From the NCBI GenBank assembly GCA_018971625.1, contig JAGXAJ010000011.1, positions 4,336 to 68,335 of the forward strand: DNA of 64,000 bases, read 5' to 3'. Source of the DNA: Pseudomonadota bacterium. GTDB taxonomy: Bacteria; Pseudomonadota; Alphaproteobacteria; Rhizobiales; Xanthobacteraceae. The position numbers and the translations under genes are program-made. Position 1 is the stretch's first letter. Each line of letters begins with the position of its first letter. This document shows, one piece after another, positions 1-9,525 of this stretch. The notes under the pieces are model-generated. The model was given only the letters and a program-made list of their open reading frames with translations. It did not search any database and had not been told where the DNA came from.

Positions 1-974
1 CTATGTTGCGCGCCCACCGGCCTGAGTTCGATGCCGCTGACATACTCCGTGATGTCCTTGGCGAGCCCCGAGACCGTCGCGGCGGGACCTGCAAAGTCGG
101 GGTCTTCGCGCAGCAGGAATCCGTAGTCTTTGATCACCGTGCCGCAGCCCGAGGTCGTCACCAGGATCGCGTCGAGGCCGCCGCGTCCGGCCTCAGCGAG
201 CCACGCCGAGATATTGGCGCGGGCGCGCGCCAAAGCGTCGCCGTCATGGCCGAGGTGATGGGTTAGCGCGCCGCAGCATTGCTCGTCCTTGACCAGCACC
301 ACCTCGACGCCATGACGCGTCAAAAGATTGATCGCCGCCTGGTTGATACGCGGCGCCAGCACCTGTTGCGCGCAGCCCTGCAGCAGCGCCACCCGGCCAG
401 TTTTATTACCCTGCGCCGGAAAAACGCTGCCGCCTTGCGCACCCTTTGGCGGCAGGCTGGCCGGCGCCAGCGCTAGCATTGCCCTGATCCGCCGCCACAG
501 GCTCGGCGTCGCCGACGTGGTCCTGGTGGCGGGCAACAGGGCGGCAAACGGCCGCACCAGACGCGCCAGCACCATACCGATACGAAACAGGCCAGGCCGC
601 GGCAGCACCAGCGCCAGCACCGCGCGCAACGCCCGCTCGGCGAGCGGCCGTGCGTATTGTTTCTCGATCCTGACCCGCGCCTGATCGACCAGATGCATGT
701 AGTTCACGCCCGAGGGACAGGTGGTCATGCAGGCGAGGCACGACAGGCAGCGGTCGATATGCTTGACCACCTCCGGCGTCGGCGGGCGGTCCTTTTCCAG
801 CATCTCCTTGATCAGATAGATTCGGCCGCGCGGGCTGTCGAGTTCATCGCCGAGCAATACGTAAGTCGGGCAGGTCGCGGTGCAGAATCCGCAATGCACG
901 CAGGCGCGCAGGATCTTGTCGGCTTCCGCGATATCGGGATCGGCGAGCTGGGTGAGGCTGAATTCGGTTTTCAT
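1..974 (-). CDS. glcF: glycolate oxidase iron-sulfur subunit GlcF, partial (C-terminal end runs off the window start)
   Basis: Not in the ORF track (no in-window stop). The minus strand reads open from ATG at 974: MKTEFSLTQLADPDIAEADKILRACVHCGFCTATCPTYVLLGDELDSPRGRIYLIKEML...RCLSCLACMTTCPSGVNY. That gives two CxxCxxCxxxCP 4Fe-4S motifs in the GlcF arrangement. ATGA start/stop overlap with glcE at 971-974. Third gene in a glcD-glcE-glcF order. Confidence 0.85.
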   Translation of the reverse strand, partial: MKTEFSLTQLADPDIAEADKILRACVHCGFCTATCPTYVLLGDELDSPRGRIYLIKEMLEKDRPPTPEVVKHIDRCLSCLACMTTCPSGVNYMHLVDQARVRIEKQYARPLAERALRAVLALVLPRPGLFRIGMVLARLVRPFAALLPATRTTSATPSLWRRIRAMLALAPASLPPKGAQGGSVFPAQGNKTGRVALLQGCAQQVLAPRINQAAINLLTRHGVEVVLVKDEQCCGALTHHLGHDGDALARARANISAWLAEAGRGGLDAILVTTSGCGTVIKDYGFLLREDPDFAGPAATVSGLAKDITEYVSGIELRPVGAQH

Positions 975-2206
975 GTCGAAGAGTCCCGCCGCATCCGGCC
1001 GCGATTGAGGATACGCTTCGGATCGAAGCTGTGACGGACGCGCTCGCCAAGCGCAGCCAGCCCCGCCTGCTGTGGATGAAAGACATCGACGTTGCGGCGC
1101 ACTTCCTCGGGCGCGCGCAACAGCGTGGCATGGCCGCCCGCTGCGTTGACACGCTGGCGCAACAGGGCTGCCAGCGCATCGGGCCTAGATGGCAGCGCCG
1201 CCCAGATAAGACCGCCGCCCCAGTCGTAAATCACCTCGCCGCCGGTATCGCGCGAAAGCTGTTGGCCAAGCGCACCGCCGGCGGCTGGCGGACAGACGAT
1301 GCGCCAGACCGGCCGCGCGCCGAATATCCCGTCGGCCGCGAAAGGCCGGACGTCGCGAACCGAAACCCAGATCGCCGCCGAGGCCGCATCGTCGACCGTC
1401 TCCGCGGTTCCGAATTGCGCCAACGCCTTGCCGAGCACGGCCGCGCGATGGGCAACCGATGCTGCAATGCCTTCCAGCCGCAACAGCGTCACCGCCTGCT
1501 GCGATCCGAAACTGGTTAAGCCGTCTGCCGATGCCCGCAGCGCGGAGTCCGGCAGATGCGCCGCGCCGGACACATCGAACGGCGAGCCGAGCGCCGCCGT
1601 CATTGCGCGGTTGGCGGTAAGGTCGTCCAGCCCGCGCAGCACCAGCGTGCATTCGCTCTCGGGACGTGGCATCACCTTCAACGTTACTTCGGTCATGACC
1701 GCCAGGGTGCCCCACGATCCTGCCAAAAGCTTGCAGAGATCGTAACCGGTAACGTTCTTCACCACCTTGCCGCCGGCCTTGAAACTGTCGCCGAAACCCG
1801 ACACCGCATGCGCACCCAACAGATGGTCGCGCACGCCGCCGGCCTTGATGCGGCGTGGTCCGGCAAGCCCGGCGCCGATCATGCCGCCGATGGTGCCGAT
1901 CTCGGGTGTGCCGAGCAGCGCCGCGGTATTCATCGGCTCGAACGCGAATTGCTGGTTCTTGGAATCGATCAGCGACAGCACATCGGCGATCGGCGCACCG
2001 GCCTGCACGGTGACGATCAGCTCGTTCGGCTCGTAGGACGTCACCGCATTCAGCGCCGACAGATCGAGCAGCGCGTTGGTCGCCATCGGCTGGCCGACCT
2101 GCCGCTTGGAGCCATGGCCGATAATTTCCAGCGGCTGTTTGCTCGCGATCGCCGAACGCACCACCTGCTCGACGTCGGCCGCGTCGCGTACTTTCAGGGT
2201 GTCCAC
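971..2206 (-). CDS. glcE: glycolate oxidase FAD-binding subunit GlcE
   Basis: ORF track 971..2275. FAD-binding-type N-terminus (VEQVVRSAIASKQPLEIIGHGSKRQVG) and position between glcD and glcF. I place the start at GTG 2206 (GAGG 5 nt upstream) because the longer ORF translates the 2228-2334 repeat element (..PLPDPLPQGRRE..). A start at 2275 is not excluded. Confidence 0.8.
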   Translation of the reverse strand: MDTLKVRDAADVEQVVRSAIASKQPLEIIGHGSKRQVGQPMATNALLDLSALNAVTSYEPNELIVTVQAGAPIADVLSLIDSKNQQFAFEPMNTAALLGTPEIGTIGGMIGAGLAGPRRIKAGGVRDHLLGAHAVSGFGDSFKAGGKVVKNVTGYDLCKLLAGSWGTLAVMTEVTLKVMPRPESECTLVLRGLDDLTANRAMTAALGSPFDVSGAAHLPDSALRASADGLTSFGSQQAVTLLRLEGIAASVAHRAAVLGKALAQFGTAETVDDAASAAIWVSVRDVRPFAADGIFGARPVWRIVCPPAAGGALGQQLSRDTGGEVIYDWGGGLIWAALPSRPDALAALLRQRVNAAGGHATLLRAPEEVRRNVDVFHPQQAGLAALGERVRHSFDPKRILNRGRMRRDSST

Positions 2207-2227
2207 GTGTGCCTCGTATGCAGCCTG

Positions 2228-2334
2228 TTCTCTCCTCCCTTGTGGGAGAGGATCAGGGAGAGGGGTGAGCCGCAAAGGCAGCGAGAGTGGCTACCCCCCT
2301 CTCCACCTTTCCCCCACAAGAAGGGAGAGAGCAG
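2228..2334. repeat. REP/RIME-like intergenic repeat (CTCTCC/GGAGAG family) between glcD and glcE
   Basis: Nested inverted repeats: tctcctccc..gggagagga, and GGAGAGGGG (2257-2265) pairing with CCCCTCTCC (2296-2304). Related CTCTCC/GGAGAGG motifs recur at about 44968-45068 and 60725-60910. Confidence 0.7.
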
Positions 2335-2366
2335 ACAGTGCTCCGCGGGAAAGCTCGCACTCAACA

Positions 2367-3860
2367 TCAAAACCTCGGAATATCGGGAAACGCCAGCCTG
2401 CCGCCGTGGACATGCACGCGGCCGAGTTCGGCGCAGCGGTGCAGGGTCGGAAACACCTTGCCGGGGTTGAGCAGCCCTTGCGCATCGAACGCGCATTTCA
2501 GCCGCTGCTGCTGGTTGAGATCGATCTCGCTGAACATGTCCGGCATCAGGTCGCGCTTCTCGACGCCGACGCCGTGTTCGCCGGTCAGCACGCCGCCGAG
2601 TTCGACGCAGCAGCGCAGGATGTCGGCGCCGAACGCCTCGGCCTTGGCCATCTCGCCGGGCCTGTTGGCATCGTACAGGATCAAGGGATGCAGGTTGCCG
2701 TCGCCGGCGTGAAACACGTTGGCGACGCCGAGCCCGTATTTTTCGGAGAGATCGCGGATCCGCGCCAGTGCCTGCGGCAGCGCGCCGCGCGGAATGGTGC
2801 CGTCCATGCAGAGATAATCCGGCGAGATTCGTCCGACCGCGGGGAACGCCGCCTTGCGCCCGGCCCAGAACAGATTGCGCTCCTGTTCGGAATTGGAAAT
2901 CTGGCAGATCGTCGAACCGCAACGCAGCGCGATGGCCTCGACCCGCTTGATCAGTTCATCGACCTCGATGCCGGGACCGTCGATTTCGATGATCAGCAGC
3001 GCCTCGACGTCGAGCGGGTAGCCTGCATGGACAAAGGCTTCGGCGGCGTGGATCGCGGGCTTGTCCATCATCTCCATGCCGGCCGGGATGATCCCGGCGC
3101 CGATGATGTCGGCCACGCATTGCCCGGCGGCCTCGACCTGCGCGAAGCCGACCATCAGCGCACGCGCGGTCTCCGGCTTCTGCAGGATGCGCACTGTCAC
3201 CTCGGTGACGACACCGAGCAGGCCCTCGGAGCCGGTGATGATACCCATAAGATCGTAGCCGTCGGTCTCGGGCGATTTACCGCCGATCCGGATCACCTCG
3301 CCCGTGATCAGCACGATCTCGCAGCCGAGCACGTTGTTGGTGGTCATGCCATATTTCAGGCAATGCACGCCGCCGGAATTTTCCGCGATGTTGCCGCCGA
3401 TCGAACAGGCGATCTGCGACGACGGATCCGGCGCGTAGTAAAATCCGCCATGCGCCACCGCCTGGCTGATCGCAAGATTGGTCACGCCCGGCTCGGTCAC
3501 CACCAGGCGATTATCGAAATCGATCTGGCGGATGCGCTTGAATTTGCCGAGCCCGAGCAGCACGCCATCGGCCAGCGGCAGCGCGCCGCCGGAGAGCGAG
3601 GTGCCGGAGCCGCGCGGCACCACCTTGATGCCCTCGTCGAAGCAATATTTCAGCACCTTCGAGACCTGCTCGGTGGTATCGGGCAGCACAACGACCATTG
3701 GCGGCTGGCGATAGGCCATCAGTCCGTCGGACTCGTAAGGCATCATCTCGGCCGGGCTGTCGATCACGCCCTCGCCCGGCACGATCGCGCGCAACGCCGC
3801 GACGATCGCCTCGCGGCGCGCCAGGACGGCCTGATCCGATGCCGGCATCATGATGGTCAT
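2367..3860 (-). CDS. glcD: glycolate oxidase subunit GlcD (FAD-linked oxidase)
   Basis: 497-aa ORF with FAD-linked oxidase motifs (VVPRGSGTSLSGGALP; C-terminal GVLTGEHGVGVEKRDLM). GGAGA 7 nt before ATG 3860. First gene of the glcDEF order. Confidence 0.92.
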   Translation of the reverse strand: MTIMMPASDQAVLARREAIVAALRAIVPGEGVIDSPAEMMPYESDGLMAYRQPPMVVVLPDTTEQVSKVLKYCFDEGIKVVPRGSGTSLSGGALPLADGVLLGLGKFKRIRQIDFDNRLVVTEPGVTNLAISQAVAHGGFYYAPDPSSQIACSIGGNIAENSGGVHCLKYGMTTNNVLGCEIVLITGEVIRIGGKSPETDGYDLMGIITGSEGLLGVVTEVTVRILQKPETARALMVGFAQVEAAGQCVADIIGAGIIPAGMEMMDKPAIHAAEAFVHAGYPLDVEALLIIEIDGPGIEVDELIKRVEAIALRCGSTICQISNSEQERNLFWAGRKAAFPAVGRISPDYLCMDGTIPRGALPQALARIRDLSEKYGLGVANVFHAGDGNLHPLILYDANRPGEMAKAEAFGADILRCCVELGGVLTGEHGVGVEKRDLMPDMFSEIDLNQQQRLKCAFDAQGLLNPGKVFPTLHRCAELGRVHVHGGRLAFPDIPRF

Positions 3861-4093
3861 GTGGTTGTCTCCGCGGCCTTCCCCGCGATGCGGGTGACCC
3901 TGCTCTCGTCGATTTGTCGTGGCAAATCAAGCACGTCTGGGCGGCTTTGGGTAGCTCTCCAATGGATGCGTGGCCCGCACCAGGAGTGCTGGAACGAACG
4001 CGGCGCGCCCGGGCTATTAGGACCTCGCTTTCGCCGTGAAGCAACCCGCCACGACGTCGCGCTTCGTGTTTGAAAAGCCGGTCCGGTCGCTGG

Positions 4094-4780
4094 CTACGCG
4101 GTGGCGCGTTGATCCTGCGGCGGCACCGCGCGAAATTCGACGCCGTGCAGATGGATGGTCGGCGTCATGCCGAAATGGTTGCCGCCGAACACTTTCAGGC
4201 GGCGGTCGAGTTCGTCCTTCGGGATGTCGAGTGGAATGTCGCAGATCGCGCGATAGGTGCGGCGCGAATATTTCTTGATGCCCCACTGTTCGTTCAGCGC
4301 GGGCGGGGCTGCCGGATCGGTCGCCAGCCGTTCGGCCATCGACCAGAACAATTGCGCCAGATGCGCGTAGGCCAGCCCTTCGAGCGAAAGCACCGAGGTG
4401 CCCTTCGGAATCGGAAAGCGCGCGACGCCGACGATAGGGCCGGCATCGACCCGCTCGACCATGACATGCGCCGTCGCGCCGAATGTGGTCTCCCGATTGT
4501 ACAGCGCGAAATGCGCCGGCGCCCAGCCCGGATATTCAGGCGGACCGGGATGGAAATTGAACGCGCCGTAGCCGAGACGATGCAGAATGTCTGCGGGCAC
4601 GATAACCGACGTCACGAACGAGATCAGCCGGGCACGCGCCAGCGCATCGGGATTCAGCTCATCCAGATCGACCGACGTTTGGACCGGGACGACCTGAAGA
4701 TGCGGATTGTGCCCAAGTAACGCGAATGGCAATGCGCGTCGCTCGGCCTCCCCTGACAGCAGAATGATCGTATCAAACAT
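4094..4780 (-). CDS. formyltransferase family protein
   Basis: ORF 4094..4801. The NFHPGPPEYPGW...GATAHVMVERVDAGPIVG pattern resembles the formyl_trans_N fold (HPS/G-LP..RG, then a D-G-I segment). Start probably at MFDTIILLSG (4780). Confidence 0.7.
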   Translation of the reverse strand: MFDTIILLSGEAERRALPFALLGHNPHLQVVPVQTSVDLDELNPDALARARLISFVTSVIVPADILHRLGYGAFNFHPGPPEYPGWAPAHFALYNRETTFGATAHVMVERVDAGPIVGVARFPIPKGTSVLSLEGLAYAHLAQLFWSMAERLATDPAAPPALNEQWGIKKYSRRTYRAICDIPLDIPKDELDRRLKVFGGNHFGMTPTIHLHGVEFRAVPPQDQRATA

Positions 4781-4970
4781 CGCGCCGTAGTTTCGTGTCA
4801 AAGCGTTTTCGCGCGAAGCGAATCAGGTCCGTGCGAGAAAGAGCATCAAAACAAAATCCCCGCCACACCCTAGGATCGACGACGTTAACGAGAACTTTTT
4901 ATCGGCCCGCGAATGTGTTGCCTGCTATTGCGCGTGCCAACGACGGAAAGATCCAGAAATGAAATTCGCG

Positions 4971-5966
4971 CTAATTTGCGGCAACAGCAGCTTGGTGCAT
5001 GAGCTGGCCGATCATCGCGTCGATCTCGCGCATCACGAGTTCGGGCGCGGCATCCTGCACCATATGGCCGACACCGGGCAATATGATCAGTTTGGCGTGC
5101 GGCACCGTGGCCGCGAACGGGCGCGAGTGGATGTCCGGCCACACGGTGTTGTCGGCATCGCCCGCGATCACCACCGCCGGCGCACTGATTTCAGCATAAT
5201 GCGGCGCCTGCTCCCTCACCGCCACCTTCAATGTCACGAGGTCCCAGGCGTTGGCGAGGAACGCGCGCGGGCGCAACAATAGCGGCGTCGCAGTGTTCTC
5301 GACAAAGCCGTCGGGCATGGTCTGCGGCAGGAACACGTTACGCGCCCCGGCGTCGGTCAGGAAATAGCCGAGTGGCAGCGTAATGGTGTAGGCGAGCAAC
5401 GGGCCGATCACCGGCGTGGCGATCAGCTTGTTGTACCAGCCGACGCCACCGCGCCACGGATAGGCCACCGGCGCCAGCATCACCAGGCCAGCGACGCGCT
5501 GCGGATAGTCGAGCGCCATCCGCGCGCCCAACGCGCCGGCCCAGGAATGCACGACGAAGACCGCGCGCGCGACGCCGAGTTTCTCCAACGCCTCGTCGAT
5601 CATCCGCGCCTGGATCGCAGGCGTCGAATCCTCGAAATGCTGGCGCGGGCTCCAGCCATGCCCGGGGCGATCGATCAGGATTACCCGATGGGTTTTGGCC
5701 AGCATGTCGCCGAGCGGCAGACGCATCATCCCGAGATTCGAACTCGCGCCATGGATCATCACGATCGGCGGCCTAATCATGTCGCGCGGCCCGATGTCGA
5801 GCACGTTGAGGAAAGCACCCTCAACTTCGACGCTGCGGCCCTGCCGCGGATAGGCGCGCTGTAGCGCCAGTACACCGGCCTGCGTGATCAGCGCCAGTAC
5901 AACCAACGCCGTCACGACCACGACAAAACCCATTTGCAATGTCCGGATGATCCTGTGCACCGACAA
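4971..5966 (-). CDS. alpha/beta hydrolase
   Basis: 331-aa ORF with an N-terminal TM anchor, an IVMIHGASSN oxyanion region, a VVHSWAG nucleophile elbow and a C-terminal GHMV His motif. Confidence 0.85.
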   Translation of the reverse strand: MSVHRIIRTLQMGFVVVVTALVVLALITQAGVLALQRAYPRQGRSVEVEGAFLNVLDIGPRDMIRPPIVMIHGASSNLGMMRLPLGDMLAKTHRVILIDRPGHGWSPRQHFEDSTPAIQARMIDEALEKLGVARAVFVVHSWAGALGARMALDYPQRVAGLVMLAPVAYPWRGGVGWYNKLIATPVIGPLLAYTITLPLGYFLTDAGARNVFLPQTMPDGFVENTATPLLLRPRAFLANAWDLVTLKVAVREQAPHYAEISAPAVVIAGDADNTVWPDIHSRPFAATVPHAKLIILPGVGHMVQDAAPELVMREIDAMIGQLMHQAAVAAN

Positions 5967-6331
5967 GTTACGGTTTTATCTGGCAACGGTTTCGTCGCCA
6001 ATACGACTCGCGGCCGGCCCAGGCGAGCATCGAGCCTTTTCGATGCTCGCCTATGTTGGCGGAGGGCGCGCGACCCAGGAACAGACGCCGCACGCGCAGC
6101 AGCGTGATTTAAATTATCTTTGCCGGCGACCGGTGCGCCAAGGGCCATTTCACATCACGGTCACGTGCGGTTTTATACAACCACAACCAATGCTTGGTCG
6201 CACGATGCGCGGCGCTCGCCAAAACGTGGCATTGCGAAGGCTTTCCACGCTATCCACAACATCGAAAAATGATCGTCACGATTAGCCCCAGATTATTTCG
6301 AGATGATGCCGCAGCAGAAAGGGAGGGGTGG

Positions 6332-6514
6332 ATGGCCTACCGATCGAACGACATCTTCATCGACGAGATTGTCGCCAGTTGCAGCGGCGATATCCGCGGG
6401 GCGCTGAGGGCCCTGCTCCTCGTCAACGAGCAGCTCGAGACGGAACTGGCGCGGCTGTATGCAGCAGTTGGTCAAAGCGGGATGCTGGAGCGCGGCGGGG
6501 AGCCGCTGCACTAG
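6332..6514 (+). CDS. small hypothetical protein (60 aa)
   Basis: In-frame ATG at 6332 inside track ORF 6194..6514, preceded by GGGAGGGG. The product (MAYRSNDIFIDEIVASCSGDIRGALRALLLVNEQLETELARLY...) looks helical. I recognise no family. Confidence 0.4.
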   Translation: MAYRSNDIFIDEIVASCSGDIRGALRALLLVNEQLETELARLYAAVGQSGMLERGGEPLH

Positions 6515-6531
6515 GTTGTCTTCGCGCGCGA

Positions 6532-7185
6532 TCAGATGTCGCGGCCTTCGACCTTTTCGGCCAAGGTCTTGACCAACTCCGGCACCTTGTCGAGGTACGG
6601 ATTGACCGCGAGCGCCTGGCGGAATGCGTCCAGCGCGCGTTTGTCGTCGCCGAGATCCTGCATGATCATGCCGAGACCCGTCAGCGCGCCGAAATGCCGG
6701 GGTTCGCGCACCAGCACCTGCTCGATGTCCTCGAGCGAATGCTCGTAGTCTTTCTGCAGGTAGTACACGGTGGCGCGCCGGTTCCAGGCCTCGACATAGT
6801 CCGGCCGCAGCTTGATCACGGCGTCGAGCAGTTTGAGCGCGACGTCCATCTGCTGGGCGTCCATCGCGGCCTTGGCGCGCGTCATCAATAGCGCCGCGGT
6901 ATCGCTCGGGGTATGCAGCCAGATCGCCCAGATCCGCGCCTCGACATGTTTGGCGCTGGCCTCATCGGGCGCGGCCTTGAGCGCGCCGAACAGGAAGTCG
7001 AGACCGTGGGTGCGATCGGCCTTCGGCAGCCTGGCGGATGCTTCCGGCCGTTTTTTCTGATGCTTCGGTGGTGTGACCTCGGAGTCCTGCGCCAACGCTG
7101 CAAGGGGCGCGGCGGCAAGCATCGCGGCCAGAAAAATGGCCGGTCGGATGTTACGCACGCGGGGAAATCTCAATGCCATCGTCAA
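6532..7185 (-). CDS. secreted tetratricopeptide (TPR) repeat protein
   Basis: Signal peptide (..AAMLAAAPLAALAQD), then TPR-like repeats (AWNRRATVYYLQKDYEHSLEDIEQVLVREPRHFGALTGLGMIMQDLGDDKRALDAFRQALAVNP). Confidence 0.8.
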   Translation of the reverse strand: MTMALRFPRVRNIRPAIFLAAMLAAAPLAALAQDSEVTPPKHQKKRPEASARLPKADRTHGLDFLFGALKAAPDEASAKHVEARIWAIWLHTPSDTAALLMTRAKAAMDAQQMDVALKLLDAVIKLRPDYVEAWNRRATVYYLQKDYEHSLEDIEQVLVREPRHFGALTGLGMIMQDLGDDKRALDAFRQALAVNPYLDKVPELVKTLAEKVEGRDI

Positions 7186-7312
7186 AGTCTAGACGCGGCA
7201 ACACATTCTTGCAAAGCAGCAAGGCGTGAAAAAGCGGAATTTTGCCGGTGCGATGCGAGGCCGATCGAACCCTATCTGGTCCCAATACTTGGCCTGGAAC
7301 TCAGCCTTGCAC

Positions 7313-7438
7313 TCAGCCCTGGCGCGCCTTGAACCGGCGCTGGACCTTGTTGATGACGTAAACCCGGCCCTTGCGGCGGACCAGACGGTTGTTGCGATGG
7401 CGACCACGCAGCGATTTCAGCGAGTTACGGACCTTCAT
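7313..7438 (-). CDS. rpmJ: 50S ribosomal protein L36
   Basis: 41-codon ORF below the track cutoff. My translation is [41 protein letters not shown], the Cys-less alpha-proteobacterial L36 form. AGGA-containing RBS (caggattgtccc) lies before the ATG. Confidence 0.9.
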   Translation of the reverse strand: MKVRNSLKSLRGRHRNNRLVRRKGRVYVINKVQRRFKARQG

Positions 7439-7656
7439 GGGACAATCCTGATGCTTGAAAGGCCGTGTGCGAGGCCGAAGGGTGGATACCGAAAGTAATA
7501 AATGGGATTGATCCCGGCATGCGGCGGTCCGCCCGGGACGGGCGGTTTCTAGGCCATCGAACGGGCAAATGTCAATGCGAACAAGCCTTTTGCGTGCCGA
7601 TTCGGCCGCGAAACCGAACGTCGCCGACCTGATCCGGTGTGATCGCCGGCAAAATC

Positions 7657-7925
7657 AGGCGCTGAGGAATTCGACTATCGCCTCGCCGGTCGCGATCTTC
7701 CCGTCGTTCCGGCTGCCCGCGCCGTGACGTCGATCAGCACCATCTGGAATTTGCCGTGACCTGCTTCGATTTCGCCTCGCCGCTGGTTGAAAGACGACAT
7801 TGTCGTGCACCACGAATAGCCGCTCGCTTGATGAACTTGTCAGCGCGGGCCTCGAGCCGGATCACGTCGCCGGGCCGCTCCGGATGGCGCAGTTCCAGCA
7901 CGGCCAGCAGCATCAGCCCGCCGGT
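7657..7925 (-). pseudogene. possible decayed hot-dog fold (MaoC-dehydratase/thioesterase-like) remnant
   Basis: Minus-strand fragments spread over three frames: ..HPERPGDVIRLEARADKFIKR.. / ..SFNQRRGEIEAGHGKFQMVLI.. / ..DGKIATGEAIVEFLSA*. They resemble C-terminal hot-dog fold segments. There is no intact ORF, start or RBS. Confidence 0.3.
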
Positions 7926-8022
7926 TCTCCGGTAATGTTACCCGTTAACCAGCTGTTAATTATGCCTTTGCCGGCCCAAACGATCCGACCTAGCGTTGCC
8001 TGGCACGATTGCTCGGTAACCG

Positions 8023-8493
8023 ATGAATGGTGATGCCATGACATATTCCAGGTCTGCGATTTCCAGGTCTGCGATTTCAAAATCTGCGATGCTTATCGTC
8101 TCTCTTGGCGGGTTAGGGCTAATCCTTGCCAGCGGCGAGGCATTCGCAGGCGCGGAACGCACGACTTCTGCGGCGCATTCGATTTCTCGCCCGTCCATCG
8201 CCCACTCCTTCGGGCATCACCGCGGACACCGCGCAGACATTTTCTGGCCTGGCGTGGCGGATTACGGACCGACCTATGACGAACCCGGCACAGAGATCAC
8301 GCCGCCGCCATCGGGCGATGTCCACTACACCTACACGTATGATGTCCCCTGGGATGCGGTACATCGCTTCCCACCGAATGTCGTACCCTCGACAAGACCA
8401 TACGTGCCGGATTGCACCTCGCAGACGGTGACGGTTCCCCGGGAGGACGGGGCACAGCAGAGCGCAAATATCAACGTCATTCGGTGCTACTGA
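8023..8493 (+). CDS. hypothetical secreted protein
   Basis: 156-aa ORF. A hydrophobic signal-like segment (MLIVSLGGLGLILASGEAFA) follows an n-region encoded by the 15-bp tandem repeat (SAISR SAISK). Alternative starts at 8038 or 8089. I recognise no family. Confidence 0.5.
   Translation: MNGDAMTYSRSAISRSAISKSAMLIVSLGGLGLILASGEAFAGAERTTSAAHSISRPSIAHSFGHHRGHRADIFWPGVADYGPTYDEPGTEITPPPSGDVHYTYTYDVPWDAVHRFPPNVVPSTRPYVPDCTSQTVTVPREDGAQQSANINVIRCY
8046..8090. repeat. 15-bp tandem repeat x3 (TTCCAGGTCTGCGAT, third copy degenerate)
   Basis: Copies at 8046-8060 and 8061-8075 are identical. Copy 8076-8090 reads TTCAAAATCTGCGAT. Confidence 0.9.
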
Positions 8494-8613
8494 GCGTTTT
8501 CGAGCGAAGCATGCCCTCGGGCTTGATCCGTGGGTGGATAGCGGTTCGCATAAGGACAACGCGTCAAAACAAGAATCCAGAGCCCGGTTCCGATTTCATC
8601 GGAACCGGGCTCT
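8494..8613. repeat. dispersed intergenic repeat ending in a perfect 15-bp stem hairpin (terminator-like)
   Basis: GCGTTTTCGAGCGAAGC...TCAAAACAAGAATCC is shared with 4803-4858 (GCGTTTTCGCGCGAAGC...TCAAAACAAAATCC). The hairpin is AGAGCCCGGTTCCGA-tttca-TCGGAACCGGGCTCT at 8579-8613, downstream of ORF 8023..8493. Confidence 0.6.
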
Positions 8614-9020
8614 GGCGCATCTCGCATCAAGCCGGACCAGCGGTTGAGGCAAGCAGATTTCGATGGCTCGCGCTTCCGCAGGCTTCGCTTTCGCCCTGCT
8701 GTGCCACGCCTGAAATGATATAGCGCAACGCACGGCGAGCGGTCGGCGCGCGGCCTTCATTGATGGTGCCTGCGCCATAACTGAGAAATATTCTAATCGC
8801 CTGCGGTGTGCCGAAATCGGGATTGACCCCAACATTGCCGGGGCATATCTGCTCCGCTACGCGCAAGAGTGATGGCGCAGGGAACAGCCATCGCATCTGC
8901 GATGGCGATCAGTTCAGCCGGATTGCTCCACATCGGCGCTTGTAGCGCGCGGTAAGAGGGTGGATTTCACCGGCTAGGCCGCGGGCCTCTGCGTGACAGT
9001 CTTCTATCTGTGAGTACACC

Positions 9021-9410
9021 ATGGCAAGCGAATTCAGCGGATTGGCGATAGAGCCCAGAGGCAATGAATACGTTTTGAAGATTTCCGGTCGAGATGGTGC
9101 CACGTCCGAGATGGTTCTTTCGGAAGAGAACGTTATTTTTTTGGGTCGATTTGCCCCAACCGTTGCTCGTCAAATCGTAGCAAGCAAGGCGCTGGCCGAT
9201 GGCGACATCTCAGCGTCGGTGGCGGCAGCCGCGAAGGATTTTGAATTGAATTCCGACATCCATGATCAATTGGTTTTGTTGCGTATCCGCGATGAATTTG
9301 ACGCCGAATTTGATTTTTCATTTTTGCCTTCTGGCGCAAAATACCTTGGCGAACGGCTAATCGCCTGGAGCGAAAAATTGGAATCTGCTCCTACAAAGAC
9401 AAAGCAGTGA
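9021..9410 (+). CDS. hypothetical protein (129 aa)
   Basis: Clean ATG ORF in a lower-GC stretch with an acidic product. I recognise no motif. Confidence 0.5.
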   Translation: MASEFSGLAIEPRGNEYVLKISGRDGATSEMVLSEENVIFLGRFAPTVARQIVASKALADGDISASVAAAAKDFELNSDIHDQLVLLRIRDEFDAEFDFSFLPSGAKYLGERLIAWSEKLESAPTKTKQ

Positions 9411-9525
9411 TCGCCTGCATCCGGCCACTGTACCGGCCTCCGTCGCCTGCTGACGTAACGCGCCCTGCTCTTCAAATTAAATTCTGACTTCGACAAACTC
9501 GTCCGGTGAATTCGGGCCGCGTCGC

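Noticed and set aside
3-1034. Several 65-125-aa plus-strand track ORFs at the window start
   Set aside because: All are antisense to, or out of frame with, the glcF reading frame that I translated manually.
2076-4073. 665-aa plus-strand ORF
   Set aside because: It is antisense to glcD and its product is Arg/Ala/Gly-rich with no motifs. This is the typical high-GC shadow ORF. The glcD frame carries clear FAD-oxidase motifs.
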